From positions 1,612,001 to 1,676,000 of the forward strand of contig NC_081334.1 in NCBI RefSeq assembly GCF_022539665.2: a DNA stretch of 64,000 nucleotides, read 5' to 3'. Every line of letters begins with the position of its first letter. The first letter of the stretch is position 1. Under the pieces are notes generated by a model. That model saw only the letters and a list, made by a program, of their open reading frames with translations, did not search any database and was not told the origin of the DNA. Shown piece after piece: positions 13,448-25,587 of the stretch. The translations under genes were made by a program, and so were the position numbers. The stretch comes from Daphnia carinata (Eukaryota).

Positions 13448-14496
13448 ACCGTTGGACCTTCTGCTCGCGGAATATACTATGCGTCACCACTAATTGTCCC
13501 TGAAGGGTTATTTTATGTTAACGGACAAACGCACTACAGACCATCCTTCTTCATTGATAGGAGAATGGTTCAAGTTTTAAAATGAGGACAGTGGAAAGCT
13601 GAACTTTGTCATTGTAACGGTAGTTACAAACAGACGATTCGAAAACCCGTGCTTCCTGCGAATGACTCGTCCTAATTTTCTTTTCATCAGGCGGTATTAT
13701 GATAGAAATGACCTACAAAATCAGCTTTTGACATGTCATAGATCCATGTATTATTATGGGCAGTGTCAAAGAGTCGGCGGTTATTCCTTTGGACGACGAC
13801 TGAGTAATCGAGGGAGTTTAGCAAGTTCGGCTTAGGTAAAATGGAAACTGGAACAAAGTATGTAATTATATTTACTTAGGTACAAGCAAAAATTTTTTAC
13901 CGCGCATTCATCGTACACATCTACACACTTGGGCTAGATTCAACATTCTAATGCAATTGAGTAAAAAAATGGGTAGGGATTAAAATGGGGAGAAAGAGTT
14001 GGAGGAGGAGGCCGAACTTGGGGCTCTGGGGGGAATGGTTGAAAAAGTTGGGAGCAAAAATTACACATAACAGGGGATGGGAGGGAAACAATCGATTATG
14101 AAAAGAGTAAAACATAAACGGACGCGGGAATCAAACAAATGCAATTATGCAATACAACCCAAAGTTGAAACAGAAAAGGGAGGATTTGTCGTCGTCGTCA
14201 AGTTTTTTTCATCAGCACAACAATTTTGGAAGAGCTCGTGTTGTGGGCTTGGTAAGAACAGATCCCACAATATTAAAATTTTTTTTTTCTTGTTTAGAAG
14301 TAATTGTGGGTTGCTCTCGCGTCCGGTACGATATTAATTATTTGATGCCATAGCGCACTTTTGGCAACCACACTATTACAGTAGGTTGCCATCTTCAAAC
14401 ATATAGTCTCAGTTATTGTTTCCTAAATCTTTCCTCTACGCCCTCACGACCTTGTTGAATTTTCTTATACACAGCACTTGAACGCAGTGGTCTTCA

Positions 14497-15246
<750 letters not shown>

Positions 15247-17292
15247 TCAACTCACTAAAAAGCTGTGTTTACAAAAACAAACGTTGAGTTAGAGAAGAAG
15301 AAAATGGTGATTATCACGGTCACTATGTAAGTTGATTCAAGACTCAACAACAGACATGTCAAACTAGTTGTGACTCTGCGATAACATTTGTGGTAACAAG
15401 CAATTATGAAAAAAGACACAAGCAAGCTTAAAATGACCTTGTCACAATCACCCAGCTGATATATGATTATGTGGTTTTACCACATAAGGGTTTTCACTTA
15501 CTTTCGATGTAGACTTAACAATGACGTTTTCTGTAATTTTAGCTGTAATACGGAAGTAATTTCGAAGGCATTCCTATGAATTGGAGTCGTTATTTGCACA
15601 GACACTAATTTGTTACTGACGTGAACACTAAAGAATCGATGGAAGGGCGTTGAAAATGAGGGAAATAAATAAATTTCTATGCTCCTCCAGATAAAAAGGC
15701 ACCTGTCACTTTGGTTAGCCGCCCAAACACCCGACCCGGTCTTCCCGATATCTTTGCGAGTCTTTAGTAGATCCAAAAAAAACCAGGGCCTTCCAATGTA
15801 ATGAACGCACAGAAGAGTACTCCTAGCATCTCACCAGATGGCTTTTCCTCTTTCGACTTTACTCTGTCGGCGTCCGAAGGAAACGGGCGGTTTTCAACAC
15901 ATTCCTCTTGAAGTAGTTGTATTTACCAAATAAATGTATACATAACTAACATTTTATTTGCTACTGGAATTTCTCAGTCATAATTTTTTTATAAGAAGTA
16001 TTGCTAACAATGATTTTCAAAATAGGCAACATCAGTGGTGTTGGCAATCACACATCAGCAGTATATTTTTGTCTGTCAAGCTAAACCGCCCACCCAAGTT
16101 ATGTTGTGACTTGTGAGTAGTGACTTCGAACGATCCTCAACCGCCAATCTATTCATATTCCATTTTCAAAAACATGGAGCTCGACATAACCTTCTTGGTA
16201 TACTTATTTGACTATCTGAGATCACGAGAATTTGTTTATGTATTCAAAAGCTCAAAATGTGTTTTAACGATGCCTAGAAACGATGGCATGGAATTAGAAG
16301 TGGCCCCATCCAGTTTCTGTAGCGGTCTCTAGCGTCAGAATTATGAAATGTTGCAAGGCAAACAAATTTATGTACACATAGCTTTTTTTTTTAGGTTGCC
16401 GGAAGTCGATGAATTGCCCCAAGCCGGTTTTTCTGATCACAATCTCCCCTCTACGCCGTCGTAGAACCAACTAACAGGTTGTTTTGATGATGCTGTTTAA
16501 CTATTAAACTGTATTTGAAGAAGCCGAACCGTTTTTTCCGCAAACTGAAACATTTCACGATGAAAGACGAACCGCAAAACAGCGTTATGTTTATCATAAT
16601 CAAGCTTTTTCATTTTTACAAAAAACTTGTTAGAGGTGGAAACATGAACAGTATGTTAAACAGAAAAATATGTAGGTAGGCAAAACAAAACGGGAAACTG
16701 ACATTCTTCTGCAACATACTGTACATTGGTTCTTTATCGCGTTGATTTTACCGTAATCTTATGACATTTTGTTAGATAGCAGTTTAGTTATTTCCTTTTT
16801 TTACTTTTGCGGACTATGTCTGCACTTGTAAAAGCGTAGTAAAGATTTTTAAAAAGTTAAAAACAAACCAACGATATTAGTGAGTGTAACTGGAGCGAAG
16901 ACGTCAAAGAAGTTGACCACTATCCATGTCAATGGCTTGAATTTATGCGGCAGTTGGATTGCTCTGGTTTGAAACTGCTTCGTTGGCTAGAACAGAAATA
17001 CGCTTTGTAAACTTGGCTATTGTTGGAAAAAGTCCAATGCTTCTACATAACAAACAGTACTGGACTAATGCACACTAAACTTTTAAAATCTGAACATATA
17101 AAATGATTACACATGCGTGTTATACAGCCTAGCACCTTTACTCCGCTAACTTGTGCAATGCAAACTGAGATTTCTTGGACTGTTTGACATCTAGAAATTG
17201 ATAGCGGTTTATTGATTCGCATTTATCGACCATAATATTTCACAGTTAAGACAACGTCATTGGGAGATTTTGAATAGCAAACGGTGTAAATA

Positions 17293-18973
17293 TCAGGTAC
17301 TCGTGTTCTTTTTCTTCAGTGCTGGCCTTTCGAATATTTGCTTCACACCGCCTGCATGCTGAGTGTAGAATTTCAAGTTCTGAGCAGTATGAGTGGCCCA
17401 TGGAGCGTCAGGTTGTGATGTATCTTGATCCACCAAATGTGTATATTTGGTTCGGCCACTTCGACCGAAGTTTTTAACTTGCATCACTTTAGGTAGAACG
17501 GTTTTATCGAAATGATCTTCAAGGGTGGGTACTGCAAAGTCACGTTTGAAAACTTCCTTGTCTTCATCCTTTTTGTGCAAGAAAACATGCGATTATTTTC
17601 CATACTTTCACATCATTTAAACATAGATTTACCAGGTAAAATGCACCGCGGTGGTAATACTTCTGTAGAAACTTGTATTTGCCCTTTGGTGCCTTGTTGG
17701 TGACTTGCTTCGGGTTGTTCTTGAATTCCAGCCGCCGTTCTTCTTCAGTCATACTACGAATACGTTCAATTTCTTGTCTCTCCTTCTCTTCCGCTTCTCG
17801 TTCATCGCGATCTCGCTTATTTCGTTTAAGTTCTCGTAATTTCCAGCTTTCGTACTCGAGTTCTTCATCTTCTGCATCTGTCAATACAGACAATATTCCC
17901 GATTCAAGATCTTTTTCGTCTTTAGCCTGCATTTCTTTGCGTACTTCTTCTTCCACGACCTGTAAATTTGTCAATAGTTTACTAATGAAAATAGGATGGA
18001 ACTGAAAATTACCTTTAAAGTGTAACGCCGACGTTCTTCTGCCAGCTTTTTGGACTCAAGTTCCATAAGTTTTTGTTTCTGTAATTCTTTTTCCTTTTCG
18101 GCTATGGTTATTCGTTCTTTCTTACTAACAAAAATGGGTTTTAATCTTGGACCAGTTTCTTCTTCTGAATCTAAATTTGAAAAAATATATTTTTTTGTTA
18201 GATTTTTATTTTTTTTTTGAGCCATGAGGTCAGACCTGTGTATTCTTCATATTCAGAAGCTTCATCGTCTTCCTCTTCTTCACTTTCTTTCTCTTCTTCT
18301 CTAGCCAACAACTCCTGCAGAAAAACTTTAGATTAAAATGTAGTTGACTTTTATAGTTTTTTATTTACTTCTTCTTGCTGTTTAATTACAGCCTTCTGCC
18401 TTGCAATCAATCTTCGACGTTCAATATCATCTTCATCAAGGTCTTCTACCTCATCTTCTTCCTCACTAGATTCCCACCTTCGGGCATTTCTGCTAAAATT
18501 AATTTCACCATCATTTACAGTATCTTCCAATTGTGGTGATGCTTCTTCTTCCTCGGTCCCCATAATCTCGGGTTCATGAATGTGCCTGTGTCTTTCAATC
18601 CTATGTTCATCAAATTCTCTGTTTTGAAGACGTTTCAATCTTCTATCACTTTGCGCACTGATAGGAATATCTGGCATATCCTCCCACTCATGTTCAGGAC
18701 TACAAAGAGAGGAAAGTTTTAGTAGTCTTCATTTATTTATATAAGAAATGACCACCTTTCTTCTTCTCTTCTTCCTCTTGGCTGCTTTCTTGGTCTGATA
18801 AACTCTTCATCGTCACTATCGTCTGAAGAAGAATGAGTAGCAGCATAGTCTGGTCGTTTGCCTGATACATAGCGATTGACTTTCACCTTTTGCATAGAGA
18901 TTTCTCCTTTGTCATTTTTAACAGGAATCGCTCCCGCTGTAGAAAGGATAGGAACTATTTTTGAAGAAGACAT
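17293..18973 (-). CDS. MFAP1: Microfibrillar-associated protein 1 (spliceosome B-complex factor)
   Basis: STAGAIPVKNDKGEISMQKVKVNRYVSGKRPDYA, PRLKPIFV, EYESWKLRELKR, KGKYKFLQKYYHRGAFY, PTLEDHFDKTVLPKVMQVKNFGRSGRTKYTHLVDQDT. Confidence 0.97.
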
Positions 18974-19105
18974 TTTTACACAAACGTTTTTCTTAAAAAA
19001 GAACTTTCGTTATTGTCCAACTGTCTAATGTTTTCTCTGTATTTCTTACACGGTTGCGAGATCGCAAATATCCTAGGTTACGGACTTACGGTCGTAAATC
19101 ATGAA

Positions 19106-19602
19106 TAGGACTCGGCCCCGCGACGATCGGGCACGATTTTGGCCGACCCGCGTGTTTTTTTTTTTAAAAAGGTCAAACCGGTGCGGTTCGGTTTGTTGTT
19201 TTTCTCAAACCGGTTGAACCGCGGTTTTGCATGGTTTGCACCGCGGTTTTACGGTTTGCACCGCGGATTTGCGGGACAGTACATCAGTAACAAATTTTGT
19301 CGCTAGATGGCGGAGAGATCGACCGATTTTCGAACGCGATTCCTACAAGTCTGATCGGAAATGTGATTCATAACAATTTGCTGACCGCCATTACGCTCAC
19401 AACAATTAATGATAATTATTTGATTTTAAATTTTAGCAAAATTTCAAAAAAAATTTTAATGGCGGTTCAAACCGGTTTGGCCCAGTTGCAAACCGAAAAC
19501 CAAACCGCAGTCAAAAATGGCCAAACCGAACCGACGGTTTGACGATTTTTAAATGAAAAACCGCGGTTTGCCCCGATCAAAGACGATCGGGGCCGAGCCC
19601 TA
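19106..19602. mobile_element. Non-autonomous hAT-family MITE, 497 bp
   Basis: 15-bp TIRs TAGGACTCGGCCCCG / CGGGGCCGAGCCCTA (1 mismatch). Perfect 8-bp TSD ATCATGAA at 19098-19105 and 19603-19610. Many subterminal AAACCG/CGGTTT motifs. Confidence 0.9.
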
Positions 19603-21259
19603 ATCATGAAATATAGACCAGCAGACTGAAATTGGATGGTTTGACTACTCCTATACGAACTGTAGTCAAATTCACAAACAACACTCCCTCCGATTGCCCT
19701 GCACCTAGCGAATATTTGACTAGGAGAGGACAGAGCTTTGGACCGTAGTGCATCAGATCTCCGCGTGGTGCAGACAAGTCGGGGGAAGCGAGCCCGATTA
19801 AGCCCCTGGGAAGCCCTTAAGAATCTTGACTTGCAACTTGCAAGGAGTGGGGCGTGGCTTCTTTTACGAAGGTTCTTAGAACATCGACTAGTTAGACCAT
19901 CTAATCTGTGATTGATACCAGCAACCAGTAGTAAGTAACAGGGACCCTTTGCCTGAGAGAGCATTGGTTCTTGCTCACATCTGTAGCAAGAATACATTGA
20001 ATTATGATTGCAATGAATATTACAATGAAGAAGTATCATCAGAATAAGAGATGTTAAAAGGTAGTGCAATATTATGTATTCTATTGAATATGTCTCTTAA
20101 ATTGCTGATGCATGAATAGAACTTTCTGGTGTTCAGGACTAGGCAGGAAAGATATGTGAAAAAAAGCAGCATCCAAGTATCATCCATTAGTCATATACAA
20201 AGCAGGTCAAAGGTACTTACATTAATGTATCTCAAATGATTGCCTGTGTTGGCCAGCAAGCCTTGATTGGCAAAGGAATGGCTAATGGTGTGGACGTTCA
20301 TAATTTGCCCCTACATTGCTAGATCACACTGCCAAGGGTTTTATTTCTTACAGTTTTTATTTTGAAGTGATGCCCATAGATATCTTTCTCCGTAATATGA
20401 GTGGATGTGAGGGTTTGTCGGAGACTACCAATACTGGGTAAATTTCTACCTTTATGTTAAGTGACCAAAACTATTGTCTTTATAAACTTTCATCACAGAT
20501 ACATGCAGCGACGATTTGTGTAATCCGTGGAAGATATTCATTACCAATTATGATTCGACAGCTGCCCTAAGAGCGCCACCACTTTGTTGAAGCCCAGCCT
20601 TAGCACCTTGATCCTTCAAGTTGAGTTAATCTGATTCGAGTCCCAGACATTCTACTGATAAAATGATATAGCTTATTCATGTAGGAGATGGTTTGGACCA
20701 GACCATCATGAAAGCCACTGATTGCCTAAAGGATTTTCGGGTAGCTCTTGATGACATTACAGCTACCTCTCCCTATGCCCATGAAGATCTGTTAAATCAA
20801 GCTAAATACAATTATGGATAGTTTTCCTCAAATCGATTTGGATCGACTCCAATCATGAACTTAGGTAATCCGCTACCTTTTGTCATCGAAAAAATATTTT
20901 AATGCAATTATATGTCATTCTTGGATTTTTGTGTAAGATGAAGTCACACGAATCCGGAGGATACGGGCAGGTTTTTACTTAATTCTTTTTATGAGTAACA
21001 GAATATTTCAACGAAGTATCCTTAATGTGGCCGATAAACGTTTTATGTAGATTAAATTGGATATGAACATAGTCCGCTTGCTGAAACTAGGAGTGGATGC
21101 ATATTCTTTATAGTGGAGGTAAGTAAAAAAATATCTGATTTAAAAATTCGAACGAATTTTGCGTTACGAATTTTTTTTCCTACAGCGTTCAGCCTCTGTA
21201 CACGTAAGCTGAAAATAAGCCAAGTTTCATCGAAGTCGTTGATGAAACCTCTCTAGGTA

Positions 21260-22712
21260 AAATTCTCTTTGTGCCATCAACGCCAGATGGCTACCTATGT
21301 TAGTCACCTTGCTTTTCCCTGTAATGGTTCACCTTGCTTTTTTCCCGGCAGTTGCTTTGGTGTCGTGGATCAGCGTTTTAAGCTGGTTTTCTCTTGCTTG
21401 TTGTTGCTATGATATAGCTTTTGTGAAGTGTGGAGGACAGTTAGTCGCTTAACGTGAAAGCGTATGGCTTCTTGCCTGCTTTTTTTTTGGTGAAGGAGTC
21501 AGGATAGTGATTGATTTATCTAGAAAAGACCTCAGCAAAAAAAAAAATTGGTTCTCTGGCCACATGTAAGCCATGACGGTAAAGTTTGAAAACAATTTAT
21601 TTCCGGTTATTACGTTGTGTTCTATTCCTGAACGAAGAAAAACAAAGCTTTGGTAGAGGTCATGTACGTTTACGTTATGCATAGATTGCATTGCAGGTAA
21701 TGTACATCAACGTTATACGTAGATGGTGCTGGACGTAATGTTCATTTTACTTAGGCTGCGGTAGAGGAAAAGTACGTTCGTTCCAAATAGATGGCGTTAG
21801 AGCTAATGGAAGTTTTAGCGCGCAACTAGATGGCGTTAAGGAATGTAGTTTCCTTCACGTAAATAGATGGTGTTGGAGAAGTTGTAGTTGCCATTGCGCA
21901 ACATAGATGGCGGTTGGACAAAACGTAGTTTTCATCACGCAACACTGAAGGCACTGGATAAAATGTAGTTTTCATCGCGCAACATAGATGGATGTGAGAG
22001 GTAAAGCACTTTTTTGTCGTTCATTTATAGCGTTATTAGGTTAGCAGTGTAGCGCCAACGTAATACTATTGGTAAAAGACGTCAATCGTATACATTCGTT
22101 AACTTTCAAGCCTGGTGTAAAACAGTCAGTCCCGATATTTGATGTTTCAGCTTGATATATTACCGTACTTTGTTATTACGTCCATTGATGATTATTTTAA
22201 GTAACAATTTGAATGCTGAAAATGCAAACCCTTAGTCTAACTGGGATATGCTTGACAACTTGCTACTTATGTACTTAGATTTGATAAGAGTTTATCTGTA
22301 CGAAATGCTTGATCCTCCTAAACAAAATGGATAATCGCAACGTAATTAGACATGGGTGGCAGGACGCTGATAAGGGACGAAATTACTATTAGCGGTTTAC
22401 AGAAATGGATCAAACCCAGCCATATGGTTGCATTAGTAGTAGCTCCGTATTCAGAAAGAAAGAATTAGAACAAATTCGTGAGCAGCAAAATGAAGCATGG
22501 GAAGCTCTGAAAGAGCTGATCTTTTACTAAAAGTCGTCTGAGGTTTATCATTTTGTTTATTTCTTTAGGTACACTGGCGATGGCTTTCTTTGTTCAGAAC
22601 TCAATATAGGGAAGGATAAATCTCCAGCAAGAGCTAAAATATTTACGGTTGACGTAAACCCCCAGGCACCGCATTGATAAATGTTTCACTTTTCTTCTAC
22701 CAGATGCCAGCC
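21260..22712 (+). repeat. Arm A of an old inverted duplication (decayed gene-like/TE sequence)
   Basis: Colinear matches to the reverse complement of 28360-29450 at four anchors (e.g. TTTGTGCCATCAACGCCAGATGGCTACCTATGTTAGTC vs TTTGTGCCATCGACGCCAGATGGCTACCTGTGTTAGTC). Confidence 0.8.
21720..21992 (+). repeat. Degenerate ~40-bp tandem array carrying TAGATGG(C/T)G motifs
   Basis: TAGATGG at 21720, 21788, 21827, 21864, 21904 and 21985, with a decayed unit near 21945. The units share (T/C)GTAGTT..CGCAACA. Confidence 0.8.
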
Positions 22713-24115
22713 TTACTATTTGCGGCGCTTGTGTATGGCAATCCGTTTTACCCCCCAAAAAAAAATATCGGCCTTTTTTTTCTGTTTCACTGCTATCGCC
22801 ATCTACCGGTCGGTAGATGGCGAAAGCAACCGAAACAAATGCCAGCAGAAAGCAAATAAATGCCAAAGGTGAGACATGCTGGAAAGGCTTGATATGAATG
22901 TGTAGGCGTAGTTTTGGAATTCAGAGGTGCTAGCTGGCTGTTTGGTAAAAATTCAGTTAAATTTGGTTTCAATTCAATATGTTTTACTTATTATTTGTGT
23001 GATTACGCAAAGGATTGCGCCATCCAGGCAATGTGGATATTCTGCCATGTACATGATAAACCTAGGATTCTTCGTCAACATGCAAGATGTTACCCCCCTG
23101 GTAATGCTTTTCCTCCGAGTTTGTTTAGTTTTCTAATTTTAATCGTCAATGTTGTATTAGCAAATTACTGTTGACAGAAAAGCTGATACATTGGGACTAT
23201 GGTTACAGCAAGTGTGTTGAATAAATCACCATAGATCAGCTGCCTTGCCTTCCCAATTGCAACAAAGACGAATCATGGAGTCAAAAACATTAAAAGGTGA
23301 TACTATTTTAATTGTTTTAATTGATATATTGCTAAAAGCTGATACATGTGTAGAACATGCTGGGATTCATGTCATCATGGAGATGACTTTAAAAAAAAAG
23401 AGCTGTATCCATGCAGCTCATTAGTCATGTCCCAAATGAATGCCTGTGTCAGCCTGCAATCATTCAATGGCTAACAGCATTTAATGGTTTTGAAAATCGC
23501 GGTTTGCACTCCCTAAGGCGACATTCCTAAATCCCACCTGTCAAAAGATTTGAATGCAACAATTTTTATTCTGAACTGATGCCTACCAAATTCTTTTTCC
23601 ATAAAGTGCGGTGATATGAGGTTATAATGGAAATTGCTGTCAAGACTGCCGAGACCAGGTACACTGTTTAACTTAACGTTTAGTGATCAAAACAACCAGC
23701 TTTGTAACCTTTCTGTTTTTTATGGTGCATGGAACGTCCAATCGGAAAGCTCATGGAAGATTTCTGTGGCCAACACGAAGAATTCTTCCAAATTTTCGTA
23801 TTCAAGTTTTGGCCATGGTGATCGTTTGCAACTGCATGGCCTTTTAGAAGCTCCTGCCAGGAATATGCAGGAATGTGGCAGATGATGAATTTATGTACCA
23901 TGTAAGCTATATCAATAAGAATGTTTCATGCTTATCTATGTTTTATTTTCTTAATTTAGATTAATAGCAGTATTGAACCTGCGAAGGTTTCTGGTTGGGA
24001 TGTGATGACGAAAGTTATATTAATTTGAAGTACGGAATTGAATTTCCCTCCATCAGTCGCCTGTGTATTCCCGCGTATTACGGTATTAATTATTTAAAAA
24101 TTGAAGTGCATATCT

Positions 24116-24479
24116 GGGCTCCCTTCTTTTCTGTAGCCCCGTTTCCCCTTGACTCATAATAAGCCCGTAGGGGGTCATGCCCCTACTGTACGGTATATAT
24201 AAAAACAACATATACCGAGGTTTGGAGGGCTCTGGCCGGAAAGGGGACGTGGGGGTCCGCTTAGTCCGATGATGTGTTCACGGAGGGCGACGTGGCTACC
24301 CACAAATCCGAACTAAAGGTTAATCGCTCCAGTAAAAATGTTCCAAATCTTCAGCTCTTCTTCCGGCTTCTCTTAGCCAATCACCGGGTAATCTCCCCGG
24401 TGGGTCAACAAGGCAGTGTCTCCCCCTGCCTGGGTTGACGGCAACTTTTGAAAGGGCTATTGTGCCTTTTTAAAGTTGC
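24116..24479 (+). other. Structured module 1: run of consecutive/nested hairpins
   Basis: GTAGGGG/CCCCTAC, CGGTATAT/ATATACCG, GCCGGAA/TTCCGGC, CACCGGG/CCCGGTG, GTCAAC-AGGCAG/CTGCCT-GTTGAC, GCAACTTT/AAAGTTGC. Confidence 0.6.
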
Positions 24480-24634
24480 AAAAATAATTCCGATATGCTG
24501 AGAATTGTCAATAAAATTTTTTTTATAAAATATTTTTTGCAAAATTTGTTGCTTTCTTTGTCTGTGTTCGCTGTGTTCATTCATTACATTGTGTAACGTA
24601 CATTTTTCACACATTTTACAACCATGGACAATGT

Positions 24635-24707
24635 CCAATGGTGTGGGACTAGAACCACAAACCTATAGCATTCCAGCACAGCGCGCTACCATTGCGCCAT
24701 GAGTGTC
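24635..24707 (-). pseudogene. tRNA-like sequence (SINE head or tRNA pseudogene)
   Basis: Minus strand has A box TGGCGCAATGG with D-arm GCGC/GCGC and B box GGTTCTAGTCC with T-arm TGTGG/CCACA. No acceptor stem and no clean anticodon arm. Confidence 0.65.
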
Positions 24708-24796
24708 CTTATCTAGGCTGATTAAAATTTTGATGCGGATGTTGAAATAAGTTCGACACAAGGTTATTATGGAATGCCTATCATGACATTAATAAG

Positions 24797-24868
24797 TTAT
24801 AGATAGCATAATGGTAAAGCTACTGATTGGCATGCTAGAATACTTGGGTTCGATCCCCATACCAGTCA
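24797..24868 (+). pseudogene. tRNA-like sequence (SINE head or tRNA pseudogene)
   Basis: A box TAGCATAATGG and B box GGTTCGATCCC with T-arm TGGG/CCCA. Shares TGG(C/A)ATGCTA and CCCA(T/C)ACCA with the divergent copy. Confidence 0.6.
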
Positions 24869-25004
24869 ATAAAACAACTAAATAAATAAATGCAATAAAT
24901 AAATAATCTTACAAAGCATTTTATTTTCCCTCCTTCCACCCACAATCCACCACTATACATGTTCCACATAATACATACAACAATACATACATATATACAC
25001 TTAA

Positions 25005-25323
25005 AACTAACCCGTTGGCTGCCACGCCATCTTAACTACGGTCGCTACGTCGCTATCACAGGGATAGCGACCAAGGGGGCCGGGTAGGCCGGGCTGATAC
25101 GATGATGAGACCTTTACGGGAATGCACACCCCAGGTCTCATCTATCGCATCGATCAAGGGAAATTCCCTATGGTGCATTGCCTAAGGGGCCATTCGGCCA
25201 ATCTTGGGCAGTGGCGCTGCTCCACTCCATGGCAGATAGCCATGGAGCAGAACAGCGCGGCCCGTCCCTGTCAAGCTACAAAAAAAAGGGGATAAAAGGT
25301 GGGTGGCAGCCAACGGGTTAGTT
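25005..25323 (+). other. Structured module 2: 319 nt closed by a perfect 21-bp inverted repeat (MITE or structured ncRNA)
   Basis: AACTAACCCGTTGGCTGCCAC (25005-25025) / GTGGCAGCCAACGGGTTAGTT (25303-25323), with at least six internal stems. Confidence 0.7.
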
Positions 25324-25361
25324 AACAATAAACATTACAAAACACACACAATACCAAGAAG

Positions 25362-25587
25362 ACGAGGCGACGGCGGGCGAGGCGACGGCGACGGCGGGAC
25401 GACGGACGAGTTGACGGCGGGCGAGGCGACGGGCGGAAGACGGGCGAGGCGACGGCGGGACGACGGGCGAGGCGAAGACGGGGCGACGGGCGAGGCGAAG
25501 ACGGGGCGACGGGCGAGGCGAAGACGGGGCGACGGGCGAGGCGAAGACGGGGCGACGGGCGAGGCGAAGACGGGGCGACGGGCGAGG
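25362..25587. repeat. GC-rich minisatellite, 23-bp unit GACGGGCGAGGCGAAGACGGGGC x5 plus degenerate upstream copies
   Basis: Perfect units start at 25462, 25485, 25508, 25531 and 25554, with a partial unit at 25577. Confidence 0.95.

Noticed and set aside
19467..20069. 200-aa minus-strand ORF
   Set aside because: It has a non-ATG start, runs into the MITE and shows no recognisable domain.
19620..21256. Intact gene from exon-like fragments on the + strand
   Set aside because: Splice-like signals are present, but candidate frames hit stops (e.g. ~20819, ~21110). It may be a pseudogene and I cannot identify a product.
21720..21992. CRISPR-like repeat-spacer reading of the ~40-bp array
   Set aside because: The spacers are mutually related, the repeat core is only 7-9 bp, the context is eukaryotic and there are no cas genes.
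22036..22044. TTAGGTTAG as a telomerase RNA template
   Set aside because: A 9-mer is expected by chance in 64 kb of AT-rich DNA and has no supporting structure.
24635..24868. Functional tRNA genes
   Set aside because: Neither copy forms an acceptor stem or a canonical 7-nt anticodon loop.
24260..25110. Hammerhead ribozyme cores (CCGATGA at ~24266, ACGATGA at ~25099)
   Set aside because: They are not CTGATGA, and there is no correctly placed GAAA or three-way junction.
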